Shown here in pieces: positions 1-8,819 of a stretch of 32,000 nucleotides of DNA (its first letter is position 1; each line of letters starts with the position of its first letter). The stretch is taken from assembly GCF_000284115.1 (NCBI RefSeq), contig NC_017080.1, positions 630,001 to 662,000 of the forward strand, given 5' to 3'. Under the pieces are notes generated by a model. That model did not search any database and was not told the DNA's origin. It saw nothing but the letters and a program-made list of their open reading frames with translations. This DNA comes from Phycisphaera mikurensis NBRC 102666. Lineage in GTDB: Bacteria; Planctomycetota; Phycisphaerae; Phycisphaerales; Phycisphaeraceae. Both the position numbers and the translations under genes were made by a program.

Positions 1-1963
1 GCTCCACCCGGTCGAGCCGGGGGGACGCGGTCAGGCGGTCGGCGGCGAGGTAGAGCGGCTCGGCGGCGGCGTCGGCGGTCTCCGGCGCCGCCTCGCCGAG
101 GCCGCCGGCGTCGAGCGTCTCGACGGTGACGCCGCCGGAGGCCTCGAGGCCGGCGATCTCGGGCCGCTGCGGGTCGGTCGGCGAGGGCGACAGCGCGACG
201 CGGAGGTCCTCGCTGCGGAGCGTCCAGAGCGGCTCGGCGTCGGGCTTCGCACCGGCCGGCCGCCGGGTCGCAACGACGCCGCCGTCGGCGAGCAGCGACT
301 TTGGCGCCGGCTGGCCGCCGCCGGGCGCCGCTCCGAAGCCGAGGGTGACGCGGGAGGCGTCGAGGCGGAGCGGGCCGCCCCCGGAGAACCCGTCGCCGCC
401 GGACGCTCCGCCGGGGGCCGCCGCGTCGACGCCGACGCGGCCGGTGAAGACGGCCGAGCGGATGGCCAGCGCCTCACGCTCGCCCTCGGCTGGGTCGAAG
501 GCGAGGTCCATCCCGGCCTGGAAGGCCACGCGGAGCGCGTCGCCGGCGTCGGCCGCGTCGGGGTCTCGGGCGGTGAGCACGCCGGGGCCGGCGGCCCGCG
601 CGACGCCGGCACCGGGCGTCGCCTCGATCCGCTGCGCGGTGAGCGTGCCGGCGCCGGGGTCCTCGGCGCGCACGGGAGCGCCGCCGACGCCGGTGGCGTC
701 CAGCCGGCCGTCGGCGGTGGTGTACGCGAGCGAGGCGGCGGCGATGCGGGCGGCGCCGCTGGCGGCCGTGGCGGGAGCCTCGGCCGTGCCCCCCAGCTGG
801 AGGTGGGCGCCGGTGAAGGCGGCGCTGCGGACGGCCTCGGGCCCCTCGCCCGGGGCCGCGGGGCGGAGGCGCAGCGGGCCGGTCCAGGCGAGCTCGACGG
901 TGCCGGGGCCGGGCTGGAAGAGGGAGGCGCCGGCTTCGGCCGGGGCGGGCGGCGGGGCCGGATCGCCGCCGCGGATCGCGGGCGTTCCGGCCGCCTGGGC
1001 GCCGCGGTCCGCGGGGCCCGGCGGTGGCGTCGCCTCCGCGTCGCCGCCGCCGAGGCCCTCGCCGGCGGCGAAGAACACCAGCAGGGTGCGGCCGGTGAGG
1101 CGGGTGCCCGAGTCGGCGTCGATGGTGACGCCGCCGGAGGCCTCGACGCGGTAGACCGTGGCGGGCGTGGCTTCGGGCCTGGGCGTGGGCGTCGCCGCGT
1201 CGGTTGCGCCGCCGGTCTCCGCGCTGCGGGCGGCCGACTCCGGATCCGGCGTCGGCGTCGGCGTCGGGGGCACGCCCGCCGCCGCGCCGCCCGCCTCCTC
1301 CCGCCGCAGCCGCAGGAACTCGGTTTCGTCGAGCACGAGCTTCTTGACCTCCTCCTCGGCTCGGCTGAAGTCCAGCTCCAGCCCGGTGCCGGCGAGGTCC
1401 ACCCGCGGCCCGCTCACGCGCACCGGCCCGGCGGTGGAGAGCCGGCCCAGCTCGCGATCGAAGCTGGTCGGCCCGGCGAGAGCGAGCCGCAACACCGCGT
1501 TCGCGTCGGACTCGGGAGCGGCCGGCGAGGCCAGCCGATGGAAGGTGACCACCGTGCCGCCGCGGAAGCTGCCGCGCTGGAAGTCGTTGCCGGGGTGCTC
1601 CACCGTGCCCTCGGCGGCCTCGAGGACGAGCAGGCGGCCGGGCCCGAGCTCGACGCGGGCCCGGGGGGCCTCCACGTCGGAGACGAAATCGGTCCGCGGC
1701 GTCAGCACGTCCCAGGTCAGAGCGGTCTGCTTGCCGTCCTGCTCGGTGAGAAAGGTCGACCGCTCGACCGCCTGCAGCGGGTTCTGCCGCGGGGCGTTGG
1801 CGTCCTCGGTGAAGCGGCCCGGGAAGTCGTCGGGGTCGAGGCTCGCCGCCTCGGCCGGTCCTGCGGAGGGGCCGGGGTCGCCGAGGTACCAGGCGGTGGC
1901 GAGCAGCAGCGCCGACGCCGCGAGGGCGCCTCCGAGCAGCGTGGGCAGGGCCGGGTTCGCCAT
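1..1963 (-). CDS. hypothetical membrane-anchored Ala/Gly/Pro-rich protein, 3'-partial (runs off left edge); possibly OstA/LptA-like beta-repeat protein
   Basis: The minus frame is open from ATG at 1963 (plus-strand 'cat' 1961-1963) to the window edge. I scanned for plus-strand TCA/CTA/TTA at positions congruent to 2 mod 3 and found none. It is probably absent from the supplied track because it has no stop in the window. The N-terminus MANPALPTLLGGALAASALLLATAWYLGDP is a single hydrophobic anchor. Codon third positions are strongly G/C. Repeated strand-like blocks (VYRVEASGGVTIDADSGTRLTGRTLLV, GLEASGGVTVETLDAG) give only a weak functional hint. Confidence 0.6.
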   Translation of the reverse strand, partial: MANPALPTLLGGALAASALLLATAWYLGDPGPSAGPAEAASLDPDDFPGRFTEDANAPRQNPLQAVERSTFLTEQDGKQTALTWDVLTPRTDFVSDVEAPRARVELGPGRLLVLEAAEGTVEHPGNDFQRGSFRGGTVVTFHRLASPAAPESDANAVLRLALAGPTSFDRELGRLSTAGPVRVSGPRVDLAGTGLELDFSRAEEEVKKLVLDETEFLRLRREEAGGAAAGVPPTPTPTPDPESAARSAETGGATDAATPTPRPEATPATVYRVEASGGVTIDADSGTRLTGRTLLVFFAAGEGLGGGDAEATPPPGPADRGAQAAGTPAIRGGDPAPPPAPAEAGASLFQPGPGTVELAWTGPLRLRPAAPGEGPEAVRSAAFTGAHLQLGGTAEAPATAASGAARIAAASLAYTTADGRLDATGVGGAPVRAEDPGAGTLTAQRIEATPGAGVARAAGPGVLTARDPDAADAGDALRVAFQAGMDLAFDPAEGEREALAIRSAVFTGRVGVDAAAPGGASGGDGFSGGGPLRLDASRVTLGFGAAPGGGQPAPKSLLADGGVVATRRPAGAKPDAEPLWTLRSEDLRVALSPSPTDPQRPEIAGLEASGGVTVETLDAGGLGEAAPETADAAAEPLYLAADRLTASPRLDRVE

Positions 1964-2081
1964 CGCGCGAGGGTACGGGCCGGGCGGGCCCCCGACGCGG
2001 CCACGCGGGGGCGGGTCGGCGGCCGAAGCGGCCGGCGCCCGCCGGGCGGAGCGTGGCGCAGCTCGCGGATACCGTGCCGGC

Positions 2082-3503
2082 ATGCCCCACCCCCACATCG
2101 CGAAGGTCTTCAAGGCGTACGACGTGCGCGCCCTCTACCCGGATCCGCTCGACGAGCCGATCGCCGAGAAGATCGGCTACGGCGTGGGCGTGTTCCTGAA
2201 GAAGGGCAACGGCGGGGAGAAGGGGACCGTCGTGGTCTCGCGGGACCACCGCCCGGCGGCGCCCTCGATGGCCGAGGCCCTCATCCGCGGCATCCGCGCC
2301 GCCGGCATGGACGTCGTCGACCTGGGATCCTGCGACACCAGCATCCAGTACTTCGCGGTGCCGCACCTCGGCGCCGCCGGCGGCGTCCAGTGCACCGCCT
2401 CGCACAACCCCATCGAGTACATCGGCTTCAAGGTCTCGGCCAAGGGCGCCCGCCCGGTCGGCCGCGACACCGGGCTCGCCGAGATCCAGGCGACCGCCGA
2501 GGGCCTCGACGACGGCTTCCTCGCCGGCAAAGAGCAGGGGTCCTACGAGGAACGAGACATCTGGGAGGCGTACCGCAAGCACATCCTCCAGTTCCTCACC
2601 GGCGGCATTCAGCGGCCGCTGAAGCTCTTCGTCGACGCGAGCAACGGCATGGGCACGACCCTGCTGGAGAAGGTCTTCACCGGCGTGCCGAACCTGGAGA
2701 TCGTCTCGATCAACGCCGAGTACACCGACGACTGGGCCCACGAGCCCAACCCGCTGGTGCCCGAGAACATGCAGCCGACGGTGGAGGGCGTGAAGCGGAC
2801 GGGTGCCGACCTGGGGGCCTGCTTCGACGGCGACGCCGACCGCTGCATGCTCGTCGACGACCAGGGCAACCTCTGCGGCTGCGACCACCTGACCGCGTGG
2901 ATGGCCGGCCACTTCGTCAGCCGCAGCGCGACCGATCCGGGAACCGCAGACCCGACGACGATCGTCTACGACCTGCGGAGCTCCAAGGTCGTCGAGGAGA
3001 CGGTCCGCGGCCTGGGCGCGATCCCGGCGATGAGCAAGGTCGGCCACGTCAACATGAAGGCGCTGCTGCGGGAGACCGGCGGCGTCTTCGGCGGCGAGCT
3101 GTCGGGGCACTTCTACTTCCGCGACAACAGCTACGCCGACTCGGGGGCGATCACGCTCGCGGCGGCGCTCACCGTGCTCGGGCAGAACGACCAGAAGCTC
3201 AGCGAGCTGATCGGGCCCTACCGCAAGTACCCGCAGTCCGGCGAGATCAACTTCAAGAACGACGACAAGCAGGGGACGATCGACAAGCTGGAGGCGAGCT
3301 TCAAGGACCGCGCGAAGGAGATCCTCCACCTCGACGGCGTGTCGATCGACTGCTGGGACGACTGCGGCTACTGGTTCAATGTGAGGTCGAGCAACACCGA
3401 GCCGCTGCTGCGCTTGAACGCCGAGGCGAAGGACGAGGCGAAGCTCAAGGCGCTGATGGATGAGCTGATGCCGCAGATGGGGACGGTGGACGCCGGCCAC
3501 TGA
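2082..3503 (+). CDS. phosphomannomutase/phosphoglucomutase (alpha-D-phosphohexomutase family)
   Basis: Track ORF 1158..3503 trimmed to the in-frame ATG at 2082 (MPHPHIAKVFKAYDVRALYP). Catalytic-Ser loop CTASHNPIEY, Mg-binding FDGDADRC and sugar-binding GGELSGHFYF motifs are present. 473 aa. Confidence 0.9.
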   Translation: MPHPHIAKVFKAYDVRALYPDPLDEPIAEKIGYGVGVFLKKGNGGEKGTVVVSRDHRPAAPSMAEALIRGIRAAGMDVVDLGSCDTSIQYFAVPHLGAAGGVQCTASHNPIEYIGFKVSAKGARPVGRDTGLAEIQATAEGLDDGFLAGKEQGSYEERDIWEAYRKHILQFLTGGIQRPLKLFVDASNGMGTTLLEKVFTGVPNLEIVSINAEYTDDWAHEPNPLVPENMQPTVEGVKRTGADLGACFDGDADRCMLVDDQGNLCGCDHLTAWMAGHFVSRSATDPGTADPTTIVYDLRSSKVVEETVRGLGAIPAMSKVGHVNMKALLRETGGVFGGELSGHFYFRDNSYADSGAITLAAALTVLGQNDQKLSELIGPYRKYPQSGEINFKNDDKQGTIDKLEASFKDRAKEILHLDGVSIDCWDDCGYWFNVRSSNTEPLLRLNAEAKDEAKLKALMDELMPQMGTVDAGH

Positions 3504-3511
3504 GCTGCGCT

Positions 3512-3544
3512 CCGCCCCGCGGTGCCTGCGGCACCGCGGGGCGG
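3512..3544 (+). terminator. GC-rich hairpin after PMM/PGM (no U-tract)
   Basis: Perfect 14-bp inverted repeat CCGCCCCGCGGTGC (3512-3525) / GCACCGCGGGGCGG (3531-3544), 9 nt after the stop codon. No T-run follows, so its terminator function is uncertain. Confidence 0.4.
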
Positions 3545-3679
3545 GGTGAGGTTCCGCCGGGCTGCGCCTCTGCGGGTGGGGCGGGTGTGCGGGGCCGGCG
3601 GCGTCTCCGCCGGGCGTCGGCGCACCCGAACGTGCGTCCCGGCAAGCGGCGAGGACCAAGGGCAGTGGGCAGTCGCGCC

Positions 3680-6175
3680 ATGAGACGTTGGATCACCCTC
3701 CCCGAGCGGCGGCCTCGGGCGACGCTTGGCGTCGCGGCGGTCGTGCTCGCGCTCGCGGGGCTTTCGGTGCTGCGGCTGGAGCCGGACGCGTCGATGGCGC
3801 CGCTGATCCCCGAGGGCGTGCCCGCGGCGGAGGCGCTGCGGACGCTGGGCGACCGCTTCGAGGTCGCCGAGCGGGCGCTGGTGCTGGTCGAGGCGGCAGA
3901 GGCTTCCCCCGGGGATCGACGCCGGGAGCTGATCGCCTTCGGCCGGCGGCTGGGGGACGCGATCGAGCGGGACCCGGCGGCGGGGCCGCTCACGCGGTCG
4001 GTGGTCCTGGAGCCCGGCGCGGACGCGGCATCCTGGATCCGCGAAGAGGTGACGCCGGCGGCGCTCCCCTACCTCGACGAGGAGGCGCTGGCCGGGTTGC
4101 GGGCGCGGCTCTCGCCGGAGGGGCTGGAAGCGCGGACGCGGCGGGTGGCGGACCTGCTCGGAGGCGGCGCCCCCGGCGCGCAGGCGGCGGTCGCGGCGGC
4201 GGTGGCGGATCCGGTCGGCGTGTCGGAGCTGCTGGCGGCGTCGGCCCGGCGCCGCGGCGGGCGGCTCGACCGCGGCGCCTTCGGCGGGGGGCCGATGATC
4301 TCCGCCGACGGCCGGGCGCTGCTGGTGCAGCTCGTGCCCGCCGGCGAGCCGGGGGACCTCGACGCCTCGGCGGCGTTCACCGCGGCGGTGCGGGCGGTGA
4401 TCGACCGGGCGGTGGCGGCGGATCCGGCGGTCGGCGCCGCCCGGCTCTTCGGGGGCCCGCCCACGGCGGCGTACAACGCCGCAGCCATCCGCTCGGACAT
4501 GACGCGCAGCGTCACCGGCTCGGTGCTCCTGCTGCAGGGGCTCTTCCTGCTCGCGTACCGGCGGTGGCTCGCGTTCCCGCTCGCGGCGGTCCCGCTGGCG
4601 GCGGGGCTGCTCGCCGGCTTCGGGGTCTACGCGTGCTTCCGCGGGACGCTCACGCCCCTGACCGCGGCGGCGGGGGCGGTGCTCGCGGGGCTGGGCGTGG
4701 ACTTCGCGATCCACCGGCTGGGGGTGGACGGCGGGGGGCTGCACGGTTCGGGCAACCGTGCGGTGGCCGGGCCGATGGCGGCGGCGTGCGGGACGTCGCT
4801 CCTGGGCTTCGCGGCGATGGGCGTGAGCTCGGTGCCGGCGGTGCGGGACTTCGCGCTCGTCGGGGCGCTGGGGCTGGCGGGCGCCTCCGTCGCGGCGCTC
4901 ACGCTGCTGCCGGCGCTGCTTGCGCTGACACGGCGGGCGGGCGCTCCGGCCGCGCGCGACGGCGGGGCGAGGCGGCTGGCGGCCGCGGTGGCGGCGCGGC
5001 CGCGGGCGGCGGTGGCCGCCGGCGCGGCGGCGGGCCTGGCGGTGCTCGGCGCGGCGGCGTGGCCGACGGGCACCGAGCGCTTCGCCCACGACCTCGACGC
5101 GCTGAACCCGCGGCCGAACCCGCCGCTGGAGGCTCAGGCCGACGCGGAGAAAATCTTTCCCGCGGCCGACGCGACGCTGCCGGTGATCGTGGAGGCGGCG
5201 GACGGCGCCTCGCTGCGGGCGGCGGACGCGGCGGTTGCGGCGGCCGTGCGGGAGGCGGCGCCGGTGCTCACCGCCGCCGCGGGCGGGCCGGTGGGCGTGG
5301 GCTTCACCGGCCTCTCGTCGATGCTGCCGGCTCCGACGCCTCCGCCGGGCTTCGCGGCGGCCGCGGAGGCGCTGCGGGGCGTGGACCTCGGCGCGGCCGC
5401 GGAGGCCGCCGGCCTCGCGCCCGGCGCGCTCGACCCGGCCGAGGCCTGGCTCCGCTTGCTGCCCGACGCGCCAGCGCCCGACGAGGCCGCGCTCCGCCGG
5501 CACCCGCTGCTCGCCTCCGCGGTGCTGCCCGCCGGATCCGCGGACCGCGAGGGGAAACGGCTTGCTCTGGCCACGGTCCGCTGGACGCTCCCGCCCGGGG
5601 CGGATGCCGGAGCGCGCGGCCGCGTCGTCGACGCGCTCGGCGACGCCGTCGACGCCGTCCCGGGGGCGACGGCGACGGGCCTGGAGCGGGGCGGCCGCGT
5701 CATCGGCGAGCGGCTCGGCGGCGAGCTGGCGCGGATGCTCGCGATCGCCGGCGTCGCCGTCCTCGCCTGGCTGTTCGCCTGCTTCCGGCGGGTCGGCACC
5801 GTGCTGCTCGTGCTCGTCCCGCCCGCGGCGGGCGTCGCGGCGGTGCTCGCGGCGGGGAACCTCGCGGGCGTGCCGCTGAACCTGCTGTCGGTGCTCGCGC
5901 TCCCGCTGCTGGTGGGCATCGGCGTGGACGACGGCGTCTTCCTGGTTGCCCACGCCCGCAGAGGCGGGGCCGAGGCCGCCGCGGCGCTGGGCAACAGCCT
6001 CTACGCGGTGACGGTGACCAGCGTCTCGACCGCGGCGGGTTTCGGCTCGCTGCTGTTCACGTCGACGCCGGCGATCCGGACGCTCGGCGGCACGCTGGCC
6101 GCGGGCGTGGCGGCGTGCTGGCTGGCCTCCGTGCTGGTCGTGCTGCCGCTGGTTCTCCGCGGAGCGGCGAGATGA
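3680..6175 (+). CDS. MMPL/RND-superfamily membrane transporter (HpnN-like lipid/exopolymer exporter architecture)
   Basis: Track ORF 3587..6175 trimmed to ATG 3680 (MRRWITLPERRPRATLGVAAVVLALAGLSVLRLEPD). It shows the typical MMPL layout: N-terminal TM, periplasmic loop, TM bundle, second loop, second TM bundle (…LGVDFAIH…, …LLVGIGVDDGVFLV…). The stop overlaps the next start. Confidence 0.85.
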   Translation: MRRWITLPERRPRATLGVAAVVLALAGLSVLRLEPDASMAPLIPEGVPAAEALRTLGDRFEVAERALVLVEAAEASPGDRRRELIAFGRRLGDAIERDPAAGPLTRSVVLEPGADAASWIREEVTPAALPYLDEEALAGLRARLSPEGLEARTRRVADLLGGGAPGAQAAVAAAVADPVGVSELLAASARRRGGRLDRGAFGGGPMISADGRALLVQLVPAGEPGDLDASAAFTAAVRAVIDRAVAADPAVGAARLFGGPPTAAYNAAAIRSDMTRSVTGSVLLLQGLFLLAYRRWLAFPLAAVPLAAGLLAGFGVYACFRGTLTPLTAAAGAVLAGLGVDFAIHRLGVDGGGLHGSGNRAVAGPMAAACGTSLLGFAAMGVSSVPAVRDFALVGALGLAGASVAALTLLPALLALTRRAGAPAARDGGARRLAAAVAARPRAAVAAGAAAGLAVLGAAAWPTGTERFAHDLDALNPRPNPPLEAQADAEKIFPAADATLPVIVEAADGASLRAADAAVAAAVREAAPVLTAAAGGPVGVGFTGLSSMLPAPTPPPGFAAAAEALRGVDLGAAAEAAGLAPGALDPAEAWLRLLPDAPAPDEAALRRHPLLASAVLPAGSADREGKRLALATVRWTLPPGADAGARGRVVDALGDAVDAVPGATATGLERGGRVIGERLGGELARMLAIAGVAVLAWLFACFRRVGTVLLVLVPPAAGVAAVLAAGNLAGVPLNLLSVLALPLLVGIGVDDGVFLVAHARRGGAEAAAALGNSLYAVTVTSVSTAAGFGSLLFTSTPAIRTLGGTLAAGVAACWLASVLVVLPLVLRGAAR

Positions 6176-6909
6176 GCGGCGTGCTCGTGGCGGCGGGGGC
6201 GGCGGGGCTCGCGGCCTCGGCCGCGGGCATCGCGCGGGGCATCGCCAGCCCGCGGAGCTCGCTGCTGATGCCCGTCCGCTGGCGGGCCGACCCGGCGGCG
6301 TGCGGCCCGGTCGCCGCGCTCACCTTCGACGACGGCCCGCACCCGGTCGGCACGCCGCTGGTGCTCGAAGCGCTCGCCCGCCGCGGCGTGCGGGCGACGT
6401 TCTTCGTCATCGGGCAGCACGTCGAGCGGCACCCCGAGCTCGTGCGAGAGATCCGCGACGCCGGCCACCTCATCGGCAACCACAGCCACCGCCACGGCCA
6501 CGCGGACGCCCTGCGTGGCCGGCGCTTCTGGCGGCGGGAGCTCGGCCGCTGCGGCGACGCGGTGGAGGCCGCCTGCGGCGTGCGGCCCACGCTGTTCCGC
6601 CCGCCGATGGGCGTGAAGTCGCCGCTGCAGGCGGCCGCCGTCCGCGACCTGGGGCTTGCCGCCGTCACCTGGAGCCGCCGCGGGCGTGACGGGCGGCGGG
6701 CGGATCCGCAGCGGATCCTCGACCGCCTCGGCGATGCCGGCCCCGGCGAGATCCTCACCCTGCACGACGGCACCGACCCCGCCTTCGACCGCGACCCGCG
6801 CCCGACCGCCGCCGCGCTGGACCCGCTGCTTCACCGCCTGCTCGGCGGCGGGCGGATCGAGCGGCTCGTCGGCGTCGACGAGCTGCTCGGGCTCGCCGGC
6901 ACGAGCTGA
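6172..6909 (+). CDS. polysaccharide deacetylase, NodB homology domain (CE4)
   Basis: In-frame ATG at 6172 inside track ORF 3688..6909. ATGA overlap with the MMPL stop (6172-6175). CE4 motifs TFDDGP, GNHSHRH and LFRPPMG are present. The N-terminus is hydrophobic. Confidence 0.85.
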   Translation: MSGVLVAAGAAGLAASAAGIARGIASPRSSLLMPVRWRADPAACGPVAALTFDDGPHPVGTPLVLEALARRGVRATFFVIGQHVERHPELVREIRDAGHLIGNHSHRHGHADALRGRRFWRRELGRCGDAVEAACGVRPTLFRPPMGVKSPLQAAAVRDLGLAAVTWSRRGRDGRRADPQRILDRLGDAGPGEILTLHDGTDPAFDRDPRPTAAALDPLLHRLLGGGRIERLVGVDELLGLAGTS

Positions 6910-7123
6910 CCCGCACCCCGAGCGGGCTCATGGCGCTCGGTGCCACGACCTCCATGCGGTCAAGGATTCCAGCCGCCCGGTCTCACCACCTCGACGGCTC
7001 GACCTCCGACACACCTTCCGAAACCCGCCGATGCCCGGACGCCAAGCCGCTCGCGGGGTGGCGCGTGCGGGAGTGTCGTCGCGACGCGGCCACGACGCGA
7101 GGATCGGGGGTGGGAGGCGAGGG

Positions 7124-8212
7124 TCACGACCGGGCGTCGGGCTCCGCGAAGCGGATCCAGATCCAGCCGCGGCTCGCGTCGAAGGTCAGCTCCGCCTGGC
7201 GGAGCACGGCCTGGCCGAGGCGGCCGAGCACGCGGCCGCGGCCGGCGCGGATCCCCGGCGGGCCCGGGCCGAAGGCGGTGGGCACGTCGCGGAGGGTGAG
7301 CCCGAGGGTGCTGAGCGAGCGGACCCACGTCTGCGTGGTGAGGCCGGGCCCGCCGACGCCGCGGCGCAGGCCGGCGCCGGCGGCGGGCACGCTGAGCAGG
7401 TCCGGCCGCCGCCGCAGCAAATCCAGCGGGAGCGAGAGGCCGCCGCTGGCGCCGGTGTCCAGCAGCAGGTCGACGCGGACCGGCGGCCGCCCGGCGCGGC
7501 CCGCCAGCGTTGCCTCCACCGCCGGCAGCCCCAGGATCCGCCGGAGCCGGTGCCGGGTCGCTCCGGCGGGCGGGCGGAACGCGGCGGGGCGGTGGAGGGT
7601 CAGCGTCGCCGGTTCGCCGCCCCGGGCGGGCTTCAGCGTGAAGGGCACGCCCGCCAGGTCCGTGAAGCCGAGGATCCCGCCGCCGCCCCGCAGCGCCGGG
7701 CCGAGCGTGTGGAACGAGAGCCCCAACGCGGTCCGCGTTCCGAGCTCCACCGCGGGCCCGCCGCCGCCGGCGAGCCGGAGGGCGGGCAGGTCGATCTCCG
7801 CGTGGATCGAGTAGCCGGTCACGCCCGAGGCACGCACCTCCGCGCCCCGCTCCAGCCCGAGCCGGCCGGCGACGCCCTCGGCGATGACCGTGCGGTTGGC
7901 GCCGGTGTCCACGAGGAACAGGCCGGCCCGCCGCCCATCGATCTCGGCGCGGGCGAGCCGGAAGGCGCCGCGTTCCACCAGCGGGATCACGGCGTCGGCC
8001 GTCCACGCGTCGGCGTCCGCGAGCACGGCGATCCGGCCCGGCGGCGTCCGCTCCGCGGCCGGCGCGGGCGGTCCGGCGCAGCCGGCGATGCCGGCGAAGG
8101 ACAGGCCGATCGCGACCGCGAGGCGCAGCGCCCGGCCGCGGCGTAGCGGCCACGGGTCCCGCAGCAACGGGTGCCGGAGCGGGCGCTGGAGGGCGTGGCG
8201 AGCGGGGATCAT
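7124..8212 (-). CDS. retropepsin-like (clan AA) aspartic protease, two tandem lobes, probable lipoprotein
   Basis: Two D-T-G-A/S signatures in one chain: LFLVDTGANRTVI (about aa 98-110) and DLLLDTGASGGLS (about aa 248-260). Lipobox-like LSFAGIAGC (Cys45) after a long basic N-region, so the true start may lie further downstream. Confidence 0.75.
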   Translation of the reverse strand: MIPARHALQRPLRHPLLRDPWPLRRGRALRLAVAIGLSFAGIAGCAGPPAPAAERTPPGRIAVLADADAWTADAVIPLVERGAFRLARAEIDGRRAGLFLVDTGANRTVIAEGVAGRLGLERGAEVRASGVTGYSIHAEIDLPALRLAGGGGPAVELGTRTALGLSFHTLGPALRGGGGILGFTDLAGVPFTLKPARGGEPATLTLHRPAAFRPPAGATRHRLRRILGLPAVEATLAGRAGRPPVRVDLLLDTGASGGLSLPLDLLRRRPDLLSVPAAGAGLRRGVGGPGLTTQTWVRSLSTLGLTLRDVPTAFGPGPPGIRAGRGRVLGRLGQAVLRQAELTFDASRGWIWIRFAEPDARS

Positions 8213-8329
8213 GAGGTTCCGCCGGCGGGCGTGCGGGCGGAACGCCGCCGCGTGGCCGCGCGGCCGGGCCTCGCTCCCGCTGGAGGCGCTTCGCCCCGTC
8301 GCCCCGGCCGCGCCCGGGGCCCGCCGGCC

Positions 8330-8647
8330 TCAGCCGGAGATCGCGGTCACGCGGACCCGCAGGCGGCCCTGGCGGTGGCCGTTCCGCCGGGTGTAGCCCT
8401 TGCGGCGCTTGAACTTGATGATCTCGATCTTGGGGCCGCGGCCCTCGTCGAGGATGTCCGCCTTCACGGTCGCGCCCTCGATCAGCGGGGAGCCGAGCGT
8501 CGCCGCGCCCTCGCCGCCTCCGATCACCAGGACCCGGTCGAACGTGAGGTCGGCTTGGTCGTCGCCGAGGGCGCGCAGGTCGACGTCGATGACGTCGCCT
8601 TCGGACACCTTGATCTGGGTGCCGCTGTCTTCGATGATCGCGTACAT
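8330..8647 (-). CDS. rplU: 50S ribosomal protein L21
   Basis: Track ORF 8330..9016 trimmed to MYAIIEDSGTQIKVSEGDVIDVD… (105 aa), a canonical L21 sequence. A GGAG lies 5 nt upstream of the ATG (plus-strand ctcc 8653-8656). Confidence 0.95.
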   Translation of the reverse strand: MYAIIEDSGTQIKVSEGDVIDVDLRALGDDQADLTFDRVLVIGGGEGAATLGSPLIEGATVKADILDEGRGPKIEIIKFKRRKGYTRRNGHRQGRLRVRVTAISG

Positions 8648-8819
8648 GGGGGCTCCATTGGAGGGGGCTTCACGGGGCCGGGCTTTCCATCGGCGTCGGC
8701 ACAGCCGGCCGCCCGTGCGGGAGCACGGCGGCGCAGCGGAGGAGGGTATCGGGCGCGGGGCGCGGACGCAACGGAGGTCGCGGCGGGCGGGTTCAACGGC
8801 GTGGGGAACCGCCCGCGGA

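Noticed and set aside
474-3659. Very long track ORFs on opposite or alternative frames (474..3659-, 803..3463+, 3368..5953-, 3688..6909+ N-terminal part, 11882..13684+, 17284..18813-, 19186..20478-, 23060..24976-, 25776..27797+, 28312..30120-, and others)
   Set aside because: Their translations are Arg/Pro/Gly/Ala-dominated with no recognisable motifs. They overlap genes with clear family signatures and strong GC3 bias. These are typical stop-poor shadow frames in DNA of more than 70% GC.
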